Shown: positions 21,129 to 32,450 of the stretch, piece after piece | How the letters are laid out: each line of letters opens with the position of its first letter | How positions within the stretch are numbered: position 1 is the first letter of the stretch | Origin: Nitrosopumilus sp. | GTDB taxonomy: Archaea > Thermoproteota > Nitrososphaeria > Nitrososphaerales > Nitrosopumilaceae | Length of the DNA: 64,000 nucleotides | NCBI GenBank assembly: GCA_965207445.1 | Contig: CBDBLX010000002.1 | Span: 2,007,849-2,071,848 of the forward strand | Reading direction: 5' to 3' | Program-made: the position numbers and the translations under genes | The notes under the pieces: model-generated | The model's input: only the letters and a program-made list of their open reading frames with translations | The model's database searches: none | Told to the model about the DNA's origin: nothing

Positions 21129-21878
21129 TCATACTTTTGAGAGATATCTTAGAATTTGTTTTTTAAGACGTGTATTGAGTTGTTCTACTGTACGATTACC
21201 ATTCACAATATTAAGATCATATTTTTGCTTTAAAGTTTTAAACTCACGAGCAAGACGTTGCTGATATATGATAAATGATGTATACATATCTTTTGAGAGT
21301 CCCATATCCGCACCAGACTCATAATAGTCAAGACTCTGTCGTTTTGCAAAGACGCGATGCACAAGCACATATGGATCCACATCAAGATAAAACGTCATAT
21401 CAGGAACTAGCGCAAAACTGTACAGGTTGGCAGACCAGTTTCGTTTTATCCCGCGTATTGTATTTCTAGCCATCAAAGTGTAGATGTATCTATCTGCCAA
21501 CACAATATATCCTGCTTGGAGTGCAGGGATAATTTTGTGTTCTAACTGATCAGCAAAGTCAGCAGCGTAAAACATTGCAAGTGTCCTAGTACCCAAAGAT
21601 ACGTTGCGCTTGGCATCGAGTATGCCTTTTCCCACCAACGCCGACCTTGTTAGTCCAGTGTTGAGAACTGCATAGCCTTCAGCCTCTAGCTGAGCAGTCA
21701 ACAGTTCGATCTGAGTACTTCGACCAGAAGCATCAGGCCCTTCTACTACAATCAGTCGTCCAGTAATATCGATATCACGCAAGTAATGCAGTCCACCAAA
21801 CTTTTTTGTCCCATACCATCGAGGTTCGTGCCTAGACAATCCATCTACAATACCAGTGTTGTTCTTGCCAGATACCAC
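21129..21878 (-). CDS. Thymidylate-kinase-like protein with variant P-loop
   Basis: VVEGPDASGRST (Arg replaces the P-loop Lys), YAADFADQ, LADRYIY. Confidence 0.8.
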   Translation of the reverse strand: MVSGKNNTGIVDGLSRHEPRWYGTKKFGGLHYLRDIDITGRLIVVEGPDASGRSTQIELLTAQLEAEGYAVLNTGLTRSALVGKGILDAKRNVSLGTRTLAMFYAADFADQLEHKIIPALQAGYIVLADRYIYTLMARNTIRGIKRNWSANLYSFALVPDMTFYLDVDPYVLVHRVFAKRQSLDYYESGADMGLSKDMYTSFIIYQQRLAREFKTLKQKYDLNIVNGNRTVEQLNTRLKKQILRYLSKV

Positions 21879-21984
21879 ACCAAGTTCTCTTTGATAAATA
21901 TCAGAGTCATATGAAGCATGACTATCGATTTGAATGTCATCATCTTCGTATGAGGATGTATTTGATGATATATCATGACTTGGA

Positions 21985-22800
21985 CTAGACAGATTCAGGC
22001 ATCTCCATCTGAGTCTTTTTCTTTAGTCGTTTTGGTAACAATTTTCGTACCATACTTCTCATAATTACTTGCTGTTGATGTATTGGTAGAGTTGCATCCA
22101 TTACAACAAATCCTTCACGTTTGTGCATCTTCTCATACTGTTCTATTATACGACTTTGAAATATACGAAAGCTCTCATAGATATCCTTTGAGAGGTTTAG
22201 ATCTGCGCCAGCTTCATAGAACTTTATCTTTGGTCTACCAGACAGAATCCTATCCATTGCAATATCAAGTGGTACTCGAAAGTAAAATGTAATGTCAGGC
22301 TTTATTGCAAAATCATACACTTTTCTTATCCACAGAGGATCGCATCTACGTGTAACATCTCTAGCATATGCAGTGTAGACATATCTGTCTGCTAGAACGA
22401 AATAACCTGCATGCAGTAATGGTAGTATGTGTCGCTCAAATCGATCTGCAAAGTCAGTTGCATGCAACAAACTAAATGTAGTCGGAGTCAGTATCTCTTT
22501 CTTTTTGCCCTTTGATGTTATAGAGCGAACTTTGTCTGATGAGTTCCACTCTGTACGAAATACCTCAAACTCGTTGTATTGAAGCCATTTCTCAAGCAGT
22601 TGTAGTTGTGTAGATTTGCCAGAGCCATCTATCCCTTCTACAACTATTAATTTGCCAGGGATATCTTCTTTTCTCCCCCTATTACTACCAATAGTAGACT
22701 TGCGGCGCAATACATTTTGCTTTGCAGATGCAGAGGCGCCTCCAATCTCCTTTGAGGATTGCAATGACGTATTATACATGAGTGATATTTTTGTTGGCAA
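21985..22800 (-). CDS. Thymidylate-kinase-like protein
   Basis: VVEGIDGSGKST, HATDFADR, LADRYVY. Confidence 0.85.
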   Translation of the reverse strand: MPTKISLMYNTSLQSSKEIGGASASAKQNVLRRKSTIGSNRGRKEDIPGKLIVVEGIDGSGKSTQLQLLEKWLQYNEFEVFRTEWNSSDKVRSITSKGKKKEILTPTTFSLLHATDFADRFERHILPLLHAGYFVLADRYVYTAYARDVTRRCDPLWIRKVYDFAIKPDITFYFRVPLDIAMDRILSGRPKIKFYEAGADLNLSKDIYESFRIFQSRIIEQYEKMHKREGFVVMDATLPIHQQQVIMRSMVRKLLPKRLKKKTQMEMPESV

Positions 22801-22834
22801 TCTATAAATTTTGTGAATATATTATATACAGATG

Positions 22835-24492
22835 TCAACAAGACACATCAAACTTTGCAGTAAATGGGACACCAAATGCATCCTGTAGTCGCTCACACAC
22901 TTCTTGCAGAATCAATTTTGGGAGTACCACATTATCTGCCCTCTGATCAATGTTTATTTTTAGTGTGATAGTACCACCTTTGTCCAATTCAGGCGTCATT
23001 GAAACATAAGAAGATTTGCTCAGTATTTGGTGCAAAAATATTATTGCAGATAGCCGTCGAATCCACTAACATTTTGTCATATGGTGCCAGTAATTGTCTC
23101 CAAATTGTTCATCACACTTATGTCAGTCTTGCGACGTTTACGCGTATTCATTATTGCGAGCGCAGCAAATAGTTGATCTATATGATTTAGATAAGAGTCA
23201 TCATCCATTATCGTATACAAAACATTTGAGACATCTCGAAATGAGATTAGTCGATCAGTCTGTTTTAGAGCGTAAAATATTATTGGTCGATCAGTGGTAC
23301 GCAACAAATTAGCAGCAAGTAAAATGTTTATCAGTGCATTAACACCGGATGTGATCAATGACACGGGTGGTGTTGCAGCATAAAGTATAGTCTCACGTAC
23401 ATGTTGTTTGTCAATACTCTGTGATTCAAATACAGTAGGGTGTTGCAGAGATAATGCAAGCGATCCTTCACGCAGACCGTGCGCACTTACGATAAATTTT
23501 TCAGAGTGCATTTTTTTTAGAAACTGCAAAACTAACAGTACTGCTGCACGTATAGTATCTGCACGACTGCTACTGATGGTAGAGATTTTGTCAATCTTGT
23601 CAGGAGTCAAATCATGTATATTATCCCATATATCCTCAAGATTTCCCACGGTTAAAACATAGTTGTGTGTTTTTGACAATGGATATTTTATCTTCTCTTG
23701 TACGTATTTAGTCATAGAGCGTAGCGCTCCACCCACACCGATCACGGCAAATGCACTCTGACCATGGTGAGCATCATCATCTTGCAAGAATTTGTCAGTG
23801 TTATGTACACCAATATCTTTAGGATCAGGGAGTACTGTTGAGATGTAATTGGCCATGGCATCAAAATCAATTTGCTTGTAATTGTCGTCTTTTGCAAATT
23901 TTTGTGTCAAACGCAGTGCACCAAGAGGGTACGAGTTGGCACTTTTTATCTTATAGTCCCTTGCAACTACCACCTCCAAACTTCCTCCACCAATATCAAA
24001 GAACAGTGCAGAGGGTATGCGCAACATACGAATGGCACCCGTATAAGAGTAGTATGCCTCATCAGCATCAGAGAGTATCTTAAAAGCTATTCCAGTTTCA
24101 CTATGTATACGCTTTATTATATCGCTACTATTTTTTGCATCTCGAATTGCACTAGTTGCAACTGCAACGATACGAGAGATGCCTTCAAATTCAATCTTTT
24201 CTTTGAAGAGACGGAGTGCATCAATAGTACGATCAATGTATTCTTGACGTATATTGCCATCATTATCAAATCCTTGCGATAATTTTAATCGTACAGAGTT
24301 GTGAGAGTATAGCTTAAATGTATTATGTGTATCCATTGCATAGTGTGTGAGTTTGAGAGAGTTAGAGCCGAGATCGATTACAGATGCAGCAGGTACACTA
24401 GAAGGGTTAATGACGGCATTAAATGGTAAAAGTTGATGCTCAGAGTGTTGTAATGAATCTTCATCCATGTTTGTCTCAGAGGTCATTATCAT
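22835..24492 (-). pseudogene. ppx: Ppx/GppA exopolyphosphatase with frameshifted C-terminus (main ORF 23077-24492)
   Basis: IDLGSNS, ATSAIRDA, DIGGGSLE, GLREG; C-terminus continues in other frames (RQLLAPYDKML, then IRRLSAIIFLHQIL) to the stop at 22835. Confidence 0.65.
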
Positions 24493-24524
24493 AAAATCAT
24501 TAAGTGGTAGTATACAAATTTTTT

Positions 24525-25091
24525 TTATTTGAGACGACTCAGTAGTTTTAGATGTTTTGGATGCAGCATATATCGTACAGTACCTCGCACCATAGAATTT
24601 GTAGCGTTTGCACGAATCATTACAAGTCCGCCTTTTTTGAGATTAAATGGGTTATGATAAAGCCTGTTGTGCAGAGTATCATTGTTGTTGTATCTCATGG
24701 GTGGTTCTGGGAAACTGATCATAGAGTATGCTAATGATGAGAGGTGAGGTTCGTGTCCTACAAGCATTATACATGCATCAGGCGCCATACGCATCAGATT
24801 TTTGTGAGTCTGATGTATATCAGATTCAGGTTTTAGATCTTTCCATATACGAATCTTAGGCAATGTCTTGCGATGAGATATATGCTTTGAGACGATCTCA
24901 GCAGTCTCCTTTGAGCGTACAAGTGGACTTGAGATTATAATATCAGGTTTAATTCCAATTGTAACAATTCCAGACGCTATCTCTTCTAGTTCTGCTCTGC
25001 CAGATTCGGTCAGTTTACGCTTCGAGTCGCTTGAGCCAATATAGTATTCTTCTGCTTTGCCATGTCTTAAAAGAAAAATATCCATTATCAA
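24525..25091 (-). CDS. sixA: SixA-family phosphohistidine phosphatase
   Basis: LLRHGKAE, SSPLVRSKETA, LVGHEP. Confidence 0.9.
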   Translation of the reverse strand: MIMDIFLLRHGKAEEYYIGSSDSKRKLTESGRAELEEIASGIVTIGIKPDIIISSPLVRSKETAEIVSKHISHRKTLPKIRIWKDLKPESDIHQTHKNLMRMAPDACIMLVGHEPHLSSLAYSMISFPEPPMRYNNNDTLHNRLYHNPFNLKKGGLVMIRANATNSMVRGTVRYMLHPKHLKLLSRLK

Positions 25092-25157
25092 TACTAAGAA
25101 ATATCATATAAAAAGTGCGCTACGTATTTTATATTGTACACAGATTAGACATTTTGT

Positions 25158-26432
25158 ATGGTTATATCTCTAGTAAAAGTGCAACCATCTGCAAGTCACA
25201 ATGTTGTTAAAGAGGTGGTAAATGACAGTTATCAAGATATGAGTGTAAATAGTGATTCAAGTAAAGACAGTAAAGAAGATTCAGCAAGAGACAAAGAGAT
25301 AGTAGATGATGGTGAGCAGACAAAAAAAGAATCTGTAGATGATGGTAGTGGTAATTCGGATAGTGAAATAGTAGATGATGGTGGACAAGGGGATGGTGAT
25401 GATGGTAGTGGTAGTTCGGATAGTGAAATAGTAGATGATGGTAGTGGACAAGGGGATGGTGATGATGGTAGTGGTAGTTCGGATAGTGAAATAGTAGATG
25501 ATGGTGGACAAGGTGATGGTGATGATGGTAGTGGTAGTTCGGATAGTGAAATAGTAGATGATGGTGGACAAGGTGATGGTGATGATGGTAGTGGAGACAA
25601 GTCTGTAAATACAATGAAAGACAATAACTATGATGTTACTTCAAGTTCAATGAACAACATATATGCAAAAAAATCAACAGTGTATGCACTAGTGGTAGGA
25701 CTAGTTATAGCAGTAGGTATAGCAGGATTTATGGCAGGAGCATACATGATGAATATGGATCAAAAAGAACAGATAACACAAGAGAACATTGATGATGCAA
25801 TTGCAAAATTAGAATTAAAGATGCTACAGCAGCAACTAGCAAATAGACAACAGCAGCAGCAACCACCAGTAGTAAGAATATCAGCAGATGATGATCCAGT
25901 AATTGGAGATTCGAATGCACCAATTACAATCATAGAGTTTTCAGACTTTCAATGTCCATTCTGTGCAAGATTCAATGCTCAGACACTACCACTGATCGAA
26001 GAAGAATACATAGACAAAGGGTTGGTAAAACTTGTCTTTAGAGACTTTCCAATACAAAACATACACCCCAATGCAGTGATAACGGCACTAGCAGCAGAGT
26101 GTGCAGATGACCAAGATGATTTCAAAGGTATGCATGATATACTGTTTGAAAAACAACGAGAGTGGAGTAGTGTTGGTGCAGAAAGTATTTTGGCCGTACT
26201 AGTAGGATATGCAACTGAGATCGGTATCAATGCAGATGAGTTTGAGACATGTGTAGCCATGGGAACACATGTTGATGATATTAGAGGAGATTTGGAGGAT
26301 GGTAGAGCATATGGTGTGTCTGGAACACCAGGTTTTTACATAGGAAATGATAATATTGGATATGTAGAGATACAAGGTGCACAGCCATTTGAGAGTTTTA
26401 AGAGAGTAATAGACACTCAACTTGGATTATAA
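25158..26432 (+). CDS. Membrane-anchored DsbA-like oxidoreductase with acidic N-terminal repeats
   Basis: EFSDFQCPFC, FRDFP, GTPGF; TM segment before the domain; start uncertain. Confidence 0.88.
   Translation: MVISLVKVQPSASHNVVKEVVNDSYQDMSVNSDSSKDSKEDSARDKEIVDDGEQTKKESVDDGSGNSDSEIVDDGGQGDGDDGSGSSDSEIVDDGSGQGDGDDGSGSSDSEIVDDGGQGDGDDGSGSSDSEIVDDGGQGDGDDGSGDKSVNTMKDNNYDVTSSSMNNIYAKKSTVYALVVGLVIAVGIAGFMAGAYMMNMDQKEQITQENIDDAIAKLELKMLQQQLANRQQQQQPPVVRISADDDPVIGDSNAPITIIEFSDFQCPFCARFNAQTLPLIEEEYIDKGLVKLVFRDFPIQNIHPNAVITALAAECADDQDDFKGMHDILFEKQREWSSVGAESILAVLVGYATEIGINADEFETCVAMGTHVDDIRGDLEDGRAYGVSGTPGFYIGNDNIGYVEIQGAQPFESFKRVIDTQLGL
25338..25595 (+). repeat. In-frame 60/63-bp repeat x4 (DDGSGSSDSEIVDDGGQGDG)
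   Basis: Direct reading. Confidence 0.93.
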
Positions 26433-26657
26433 TTTGTGTGAATTGTGAATTTAGATCAAGAGACATTCATACAGTACAACATATCAATTGATGTCATTCC
26501 GATTCAGTTATAATTATGATCCCTTTTTGTACAAGAAATTGTATAGATTGTAAAAATGTGACATCATTAATTGTTCCTTTAACCCACCATCCGGCGCTGA
26601 CTCTCACCCATGAAGGTATCTTGTTCATGTCATCAACATCAACATCATCATCATCAA

Positions 26658-26738
26658 GTAACCGTTCAACCCCCGTACCTGCACCAGATGTTAGGCGGTG
26701 AATCTGTGCCTAAATTTGAGAAGAAGTTGAACTGCTAG
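26658..26738. mobile_element. MITE family B, copy 2
   Basis: GTAACCGTTCAACCCCCG...GTTGAACTGCTAG; right end degenerate. Confidence 0.8.
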
Positions 26739-26848
26739 CATAATGGTATAGCGAGCGTTTATTAGACGTTTTAAATGCCGCAATGTCAGAATAATGACGA
26801 TAGGTGATGAGCTTTTCGGTCATTGCCAACAAAAAGTGAAAAAAGAAA

Positions 26849-28261
26849 ATGACAAAATTTACAGATCTAGGACTTGATGAGAAGATACTCAAGAGTATTG
26901 AGGAGTTGGGCTTTGAGGAACCATTTCCAATACAGTCAGCAGTCATTCCAGTTCTATTAACTGGGAGAGATGTAGTAGGGCAAGCCCACACAGGATCAGG
27001 CAAGACAGCAGCGTTTGTACTCTCAATGCTACAAGAGATACGTCCAGATAGAACGATTCAAGGATTGATCATGACACCAACAAGGGAGCTTGCAATACAG
27101 ATCACAGCAGAGATTAAAAAATTTGCCAAATATACAAAGATTAGAACAGCTAGCATCTATGGAGGTCAATCAATGGGTGCGCAATTAGATTCGTTAAGAT
27201 CAGGTGTGGAGATAGTTGTCGCCACTCCAGGAAGATTGATTGATCATATAAAACGTGGTACAATTAATCTCGAAAAAGTGACACACATAGTACTTGATGA
27301 AGCAGACACTATGCTAGATATGGGATTCATAGATGACATACAATTCATACTAGATGTATCTCCAGAGGAGAGGGTCATGTCACTGTTTTCTGCCACAATG
27401 CCAACTGAAATATTACGTCTCTCAGAAGACTATCTGAATAATCCAAAACAGTTTTTGCTTGATGCCGATGATTTAAGTGGCGAGGGGATAAACCAAGCAT
27501 TTTTGGTAATTAGAGACAAGGAAAAATTCAAGTATGTTATGCAGTTTCTCAAAGAAACACGCGGGCAGTGCATCATATTCTGCTCGACTAAATACAGAAC
27601 CAGAGATGTTAGCAGATATCTACACAAAGAGAGGGTTGATGCAGTGACGATTGAAGGTGACATGTCACAAGTCAGAAGAGAACAGTCGATGGCAAAGTTT
27701 CGTAGTGGTAAAGCAAGGATACTAGTTGCAACAGATGTTGCATCAAGGGGAATAGATGTCCCAATGGTAGCACTTGTAATCAACTATGATGTCCCAAACC
27801 AAGAGATGACATACTTTCATAGAATAGGAAGAACTGCAAGAGCAGGTGCAGAGGGTAAAGCAATTACACTTGTGTCATATTCATCCATAGGTGATTGGAA
27901 TATAATAAAACGACAGATCAAAGTACCACTACAAGATCTCAATGAATCTATGGGGATTACAATATCAATACCAGACCCACTAAAAAGAGTAATACCGAAG
28001 AGGAGGTATGGCGGTGGCCAAGGCGGCCAAGGCGGTAATAAAAGAAATATGGGTTATCGTAGAGATGGTGGCAATAGAAGAAGAAGAAGAAGTGGTGGCA
28101 GTGGTGGCAATAATAGAAGATATGGTGGCAGTGGTGGCAATAATAGAAGATATGGTGGTGAGGCATACGATCCAAGAGATGGCAAGAGAAAAAGCTCGAG
28201 ACGATGGAATAATAATCGTAATGACAAAGGTGGCGGCAATAAAAATAGACGGGACAAATAG
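26849..28261 (+). CDS. DEAD-box RNA helicase with Gly/Arg-rich tail
   Basis: AHTGSGKT, PTRELA, DEAD, SAT, HRIGRTAR. Confidence 0.96.
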   Translation: MTKFTDLGLDEKILKSIEELGFEEPFPIQSAVIPVLLTGRDVVGQAHTGSGKTAAFVLSMLQEIRPDRTIQGLIMTPTRELAIQITAEIKKFAKYTKIRTASIYGGQSMGAQLDSLRSGVEIVVATPGRLIDHIKRGTINLEKVTHIVLDEADTMLDMGFIDDIQFILDVSPEERVMSLFSATMPTEILRLSEDYLNNPKQFLLDADDLSGEGINQAFLVIRDKEKFKYVMQFLKETRGQCIIFCSTKYRTRDVSRYLHKERVDAVTIEGDMSQVRREQSMAKFRSGKARILVATDVASRGIDVPMVALVINYDVPNQEMTYFHRIGRTARAGAEGKAITLVSYSSIGDWNIIKRQIKVPLQDLNESMGITISIPDPLKRVIPKRRYGGGQGGQGGNKRNMGYRRDGGNRRRRRSGGSGGNNRRYGGSGGNNRRYGGEAYDPRDGKRKSSRRWNNNRNDKGGGNKNRRDK

Positions 28262-28790
28262 TAAATCATAAAGTCAATTACAATGGATTTGGCCATAGAT
28301 TTGAGTAATACGAGTAAAGTATCTGCAACCACACACCAATATTGTTTATAAAAAGCATGACTGTAAATGCAGATGTAAAACATGCCTCATAAATATAGGC
28401 ATATTTTGAATATAAATAATGACAGTCAAGTAACATCCAAATTTATCAAGGTAGAATATAATAAATGGACACTTGTATTATTTACTGTAAATTATCTCAT
28501 CAAACTTACAAGTGACGTAAATGATATTCTATTTAGTTACAAGTCACCTGTGATTGTTTGTGCTTGTATGATTATTAACTATCCTCAAATATTGCATTGT
28601 TAAAGGCAAGATATCCACAACTAGAATACACTTTGATAGTTATACCAAACATTGTAGTAAAAATTGTTACTAGAAATATTTTGAATAAACATCTAGCATT
28701 TACAAAATACACAATAAACTACAAAACCAATGCCAATTATGGTTTTATACCGAAGATTTAAAGACTTCAAAGCACAACACATAGCATACA

Positions 28791-29021
28791 ATGCAAAAAG
28801 GATTTGTTTTGTTGAATTGTGATCTAGGTGCAGAAGAGCAGATTGTACAAAAGATGTTACAAATGGATAAAGTTAAAAGTGCATATTTAACGTTTGGAGC
28901 ATACGATGTAATTGCAGAGATAAATGCACCAGACCAAGAATCATTTGAAAAAAATGTTGCAGATATTAGATCGCTTGCAAGTGTTGTAAGTACAATGACA
29001 CTCAATATAGTAGAGTCATAA
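28791..29021 (+). CDS. Lrp/AsnC ligand-binding-domain protein
   Basis: FVLLNC...TFGAYDVIAEI...VVSTMTL. Confidence 0.88.
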   Translation: MQKGFVLLNCDLGAEEQIVQKMLQMDKVKSAYLTFGAYDVIAEINAPDQESFEKNVADIRSLASVVSTMTLNIVES

Positions 29022-29164
29022 TCATAAAACAAACACTACATGTGGAATATAGCAGGCATTCATCCAAGTTATAAAATCAACATAAAATGTACATTGTTCC
29101 AACACAAGTCACATTGAATTGACACAAGTCACATAACATATAGCAAGGAATGAAATAATATCAT

Positions 29165-29458
29165 ATGTTGAAGACCATAAAATATGATCCACCAGTATGG
29201 GTACTTGATTACAACAATCCAAAACCATTACTTGATCATGCAGTACATATGCTTGAGAGACATGGGATAAAAAAAGATGATATGGAGATTACCGAAACAC
29301 CAACTGCAAAGATTGGATCAATTGTAGTTGACATTTGGCCATATGAATTGATAATCAATAGAGTTCGGACAATTAGAAATCAGTCATTTATCAGTGGCAC
29401 AGAGCACACAATAGAACTCAAACTAGACGAAAACGGGAATTATGTGGATTATCTTTGA
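29165..29458 (+). CDS. Hypothetical protein
   Basis: Clean 97-aa ORF overlapping the next gene. Confidence 0.7.
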   Translation: MLKTIKYDPPVWVLDYNNPKPLLDHAVHMLERHGIKKDDMEITETPTAKIGSIVVDIWPYELIINRVRTIRNQSFISGTEHTIELKLDENGNYVDYL

Positions 29459-30207
29459 GAACAAAAAAGAAGAGAGAGAGACGCGAGGCAAAAAAGTCTA
29501 AAAACGACAAGATTCGCAACATGGTCATAATTACAGTTGCAGCGGCAATTGTGGGCGGGATTATCGCATACAACTATTCAGTAGAACAGACAAAACAGAA
29601 AGGACTAGTATTTGGCACGGAGCTTGAATCAATACAAGATGAAATCAAAACTATACAAACAACATTTTATTCCGAAAAAACAAAATGGGAGGAAGGGGAT
29701 CAGAGTCGTGATCAACTCTTAGAATTTTATGATAGACATGTAAACGAATTTGAAAAGATCATAGACAAATACGACAAACTAGAACCGCCAGAGGTATTCA
29801 AAGGATCAGTAGAGATGCTAAAACTCTCATCAAAATCTCAACTTGAAAGCGACATTGAATACATAAAGTGGGTCAAAGCAGATGATAATGCAGCAAAAAT
29901 AAGATCAGATGTGTTATTACAAGACGCATTAAAGTATGAATTGATGGGGTTAGTAGAATTTTACTCTGCAAAGACAGGAGTAACATCATACGATGACACT
30001 GGCGAGAAATTCTCAAGACCAAAAGTAGATAACACAGAAAAGATAAATCAAGTTGTGAATCACATGATTGTCGAATGTGACAAAAAGTTTGGTTCAGACA
30101 ATATAACACAAAACAATACTAGCATAATAGATACACCAAATCCAGAATGGGTCACATGTATAACAAATGCAGAAGAGTGGAAACAGACACACACCCGTCA
30201 CAAATAA
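29455..30207 (+). CDS. Membrane-anchored hypothetical protein
   Basis: Basic N-terminus, one TM helix, helical domain. Confidence 0.7.
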   Translation: MRTKKKRERREAKKSKNDKIRNMVIITVAAAIVGGIIAYNYSVEQTKQKGLVFGTELESIQDEIKTIQTTFYSEKTKWEEGDQSRDQLLEFYDRHVNEFEKIIDKYDKLEPPEVFKGSVEMLKLSSKSQLESDIEYIKWVKADDNAAKIRSDVLLQDALKYELMGLVEFYSAKTGVTSYDDTGEKFSRPKVDNTEKINQVVNHMIVECDKKFGSDNITQNNTSIIDTPNPEWVTCITNAEEWKQTHTRHK

Positions 30208-30419
30208 TCAAAGATACATTAATTCTCAAAATAACAACAAATGTAAATATTGTAAATTAATGTGAACAATTTAAGAAATATAATTTTCATGTAATTTGTA
30301 ATGCCGATCATCAACACTTAATTTTTGTACAGTAGATGAACAACAATATAATACCATAGCACCGTCGTAAGCATAAGCATTATTTAGTTGAATCATTTTT
30401 TATTTTTCCAATTGCAATA

Positions 30420-31319
30420 GTGACATTAATGTACAAGCACCATTATGTAGTATCAATGCAGGCAAGAAATATTAAATCAAATCTAACTATAATATGCTCA
30501 ATTACAATAGCAGTATTTACAATAGCATGTATAGCACATCCTACACACATCCCATCATTATCATCACCATTATCATCATCATCACAATCACATACAGCAT
30601 TTGCTCAGATCATAGAAAATGATCAATATTATATTGGTGATGATGGTTCCCTACACGTTGTAGGCGAGATCATAAATGACTTGGATGTTCCGTTGAGTAG
30701 AGCAGTTGTGCATGTTAGCATATATGATGAGAATGAAAATACCATATTTGAGAAAGAGACAAGCTCACTCGTAAATACGATAATGCCAGGTATGAGAGGG
30801 CCATTTGATCTGATAATAACGAATATAGACATTACAGAATACACAATGCAAAATAATGAGATCAAATACATATTTGATCTTGACTATGACTTTGCAACCC
30901 CAAAGAGACAAGTCATTGACATTTTAGAATCAGAAATGTCAAGGGATAGGCATGGAAACTGGATTATAACAGGTATGGTTGTAAACAAGGGGGAGATAAC
31001 AGCAAATACAATATCAGTGGTGGCAACCATATATGATGATACAAGAAACGTTGCAGCAGTGACACGCGTACATACAGAACCAGACTATTTAGGTGCAGGT
31101 GAGAGTACATTTTTTGCAATAGCAATACCTGATAAAACGCACACAATAGATGCCGCCACATACGACTTGGTCGCAGAGTCAGAAGAATATGCAGCAGTTC
31201 CAGAATTTCCTATTGGTACTGTAATACTTTTAGTGGCTACATTTTCTGCATATGTACTAGTAACTAGACTAGTGAAACTACCTATGACAAACCTGATCTC
31301 TGCAACAAATGTAAAGTAG
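30420..31319 (+). CDS. Secreted FxLYD-like domain protein with PEF-CTERM sorting signal
   Basis: HVVGEIIN and ITGMVVN repeated domains; C-terminal VPEFP, TM helix and basic residues. Confidence 0.75.
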   Translation: MTLMYKHHYVVSMQARNIKSNLTIICSITIAVFTIACIAHPTHIPSLSSPLSSSSQSHTAFAQIIENDQYYIGDDGSLHVVGEIINDLDVPLSRAVVHVSIYDENENTIFEKETSSLVNTIMPGMRGPFDLIITNIDITEYTMQNNEIKYIFDLDYDFATPKRQVIDILESEMSRDRHGNWIITGMVVNKGEITANTISVVATIYDDTRNVAAVTRVHTEPDYLGAGESTFFAIAIPDKTHTIDAATYDLVAESEEYAAVPEFPIGTVILLVATFSAYVLVTRLVKLPMTNLISATNVK

Positions 31320-31773
31320 GTTCAATGCTTGCCACCAATGCATTCTTTTCAAGTGGTATTGGTTTGGAAAATCTCACAGGAAATGTTATTGTTAGCATAT
31401 CCTGATCAGTGTGAGATATACGAACCACATGTCGTTGAAGACACCCCAACTCAGACAAGAACTCTTTCCATTTTTTAATATGAGAGTTTACACGCAATAC
31501 GTTGTCCTGAACAGTGCTAATTCCAGTTGCAAGATCAGTATCAAACATACCAAATTTTACCATTGGGACCATTATAGCACCACCTGAAACACTATCATGG
31601 TTTTTGAGCATGGACGCTATAATCTCATCACGCTTATCAGAAGGATATACGTCACCGTAATCAGGATCAAAGTATCCCATTACCATCTTTTTAGAATCAT
31701 ATATACGAAAAAAATCTTCATCAAGATCAAGCTTCCACTGTGACTTTGACAACAATATGACAAATACGAACAA
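31282..31773 (-). CDS. Hypothetical protein
   Basis: WKLDLDEDFFRIYD...GYFDPDYG; start uncertain. Confidence 0.65.
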   Translation of the reverse strand: MFVFVILLSKSQWKLDLDEDFFRIYDSKKMVMGYFDPDYGDVYPSDKRDEIIASMLKNHDSVSGGAIMVPMVKFGMFDTDLATGISTVQDNVLRVNSHIKKWKEFLSELGCLQRHVVRISHTDQDMLTITFPVRFSKPIPLEKNALVASIEPTLHLLQRSGLS

Positions 31774-31974
31774 GCAAATAAACTATAAGCAACAAGCCAA
31801 ACTAGTACACAAGGTAAACTTCACATCACAATATTTAACGCAACGCATTACAAATAGTTCAGTTTAATTTGATGTATAATGTGACTAGTTTGAAGTTTAA
31901 AATAACATAAACAAAATCCAAGTTTGGTATGTAAATGTAATATGGTTCAGTTTAATAATACAAACACATTATTT

Positions 31975-32123
31975 GTGTGAACCAAGTTCCATGACGGGTA
32001 GGATTATTCAAAAATAACTTCTAGCTAAATGCATCGCATTCATGACATTCAATATGCAGACAGTGATGTGACCAAATATATGTATATGATTGCATTATTG
32101 CATCTAAAGAGCTTGGTTTACAC
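31975..32123. mobile_element. MITE family A, about 150-bp copy
   Basis: GTGTGAACCAAG...CTTGGTTTACAC; flanks ACATTATTT/ACATCATTT; reverse-complement homologue of 38400-38547. Confidence 0.8.
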
Positions 32124-32210
32124 ACATCATTTTGATCTTTGTAGTATTTGGGTCATAAAGGTCAAAATGTACTAGTGTAGAGAATTGATGATGTAAGAGA
32201 GGATCAAATG

Positions 32211-32286
32211 GTAACCGTTGAACTCCGTGCCAGCGCCAGACGTTAGGCGTCAAATGTTCCCAATTGGGAAGGAATTAAACGGTTAC
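32211..32286. mobile_element. MITE family B, copy 3 (diverged)
   Basis: GTAACCGTTGAAC...AAACGGTTAC; CCAGACGTTAGGCG core. Confidence 0.75.
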
Positions 32287-32450
32287 AATTAAGTGACGTG
32301 TATAGTATATTGTCAGTAGTAGTGATTACAATTTCTACTGCCACAGAAAAACAACCCATATTACTTGATGGCGTTGTTTTTAGTGAAAATTATAAACACG
32401 CAAATTAGCCAATAGAAACAGCTAAATATCAACAATCCAAATATTGTAAT

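Noticed and set aside
20935..21264. 109-aa ORF with HICNTYA repeats
   Set aside because: Arises from the tandem repeat and overlaps a real gene in antisense.
25207..25624. His-rich and Pro/Ser-rich minus-strand ORFs
   Set aside because: Antisense shadows of the DsbA repeat array.
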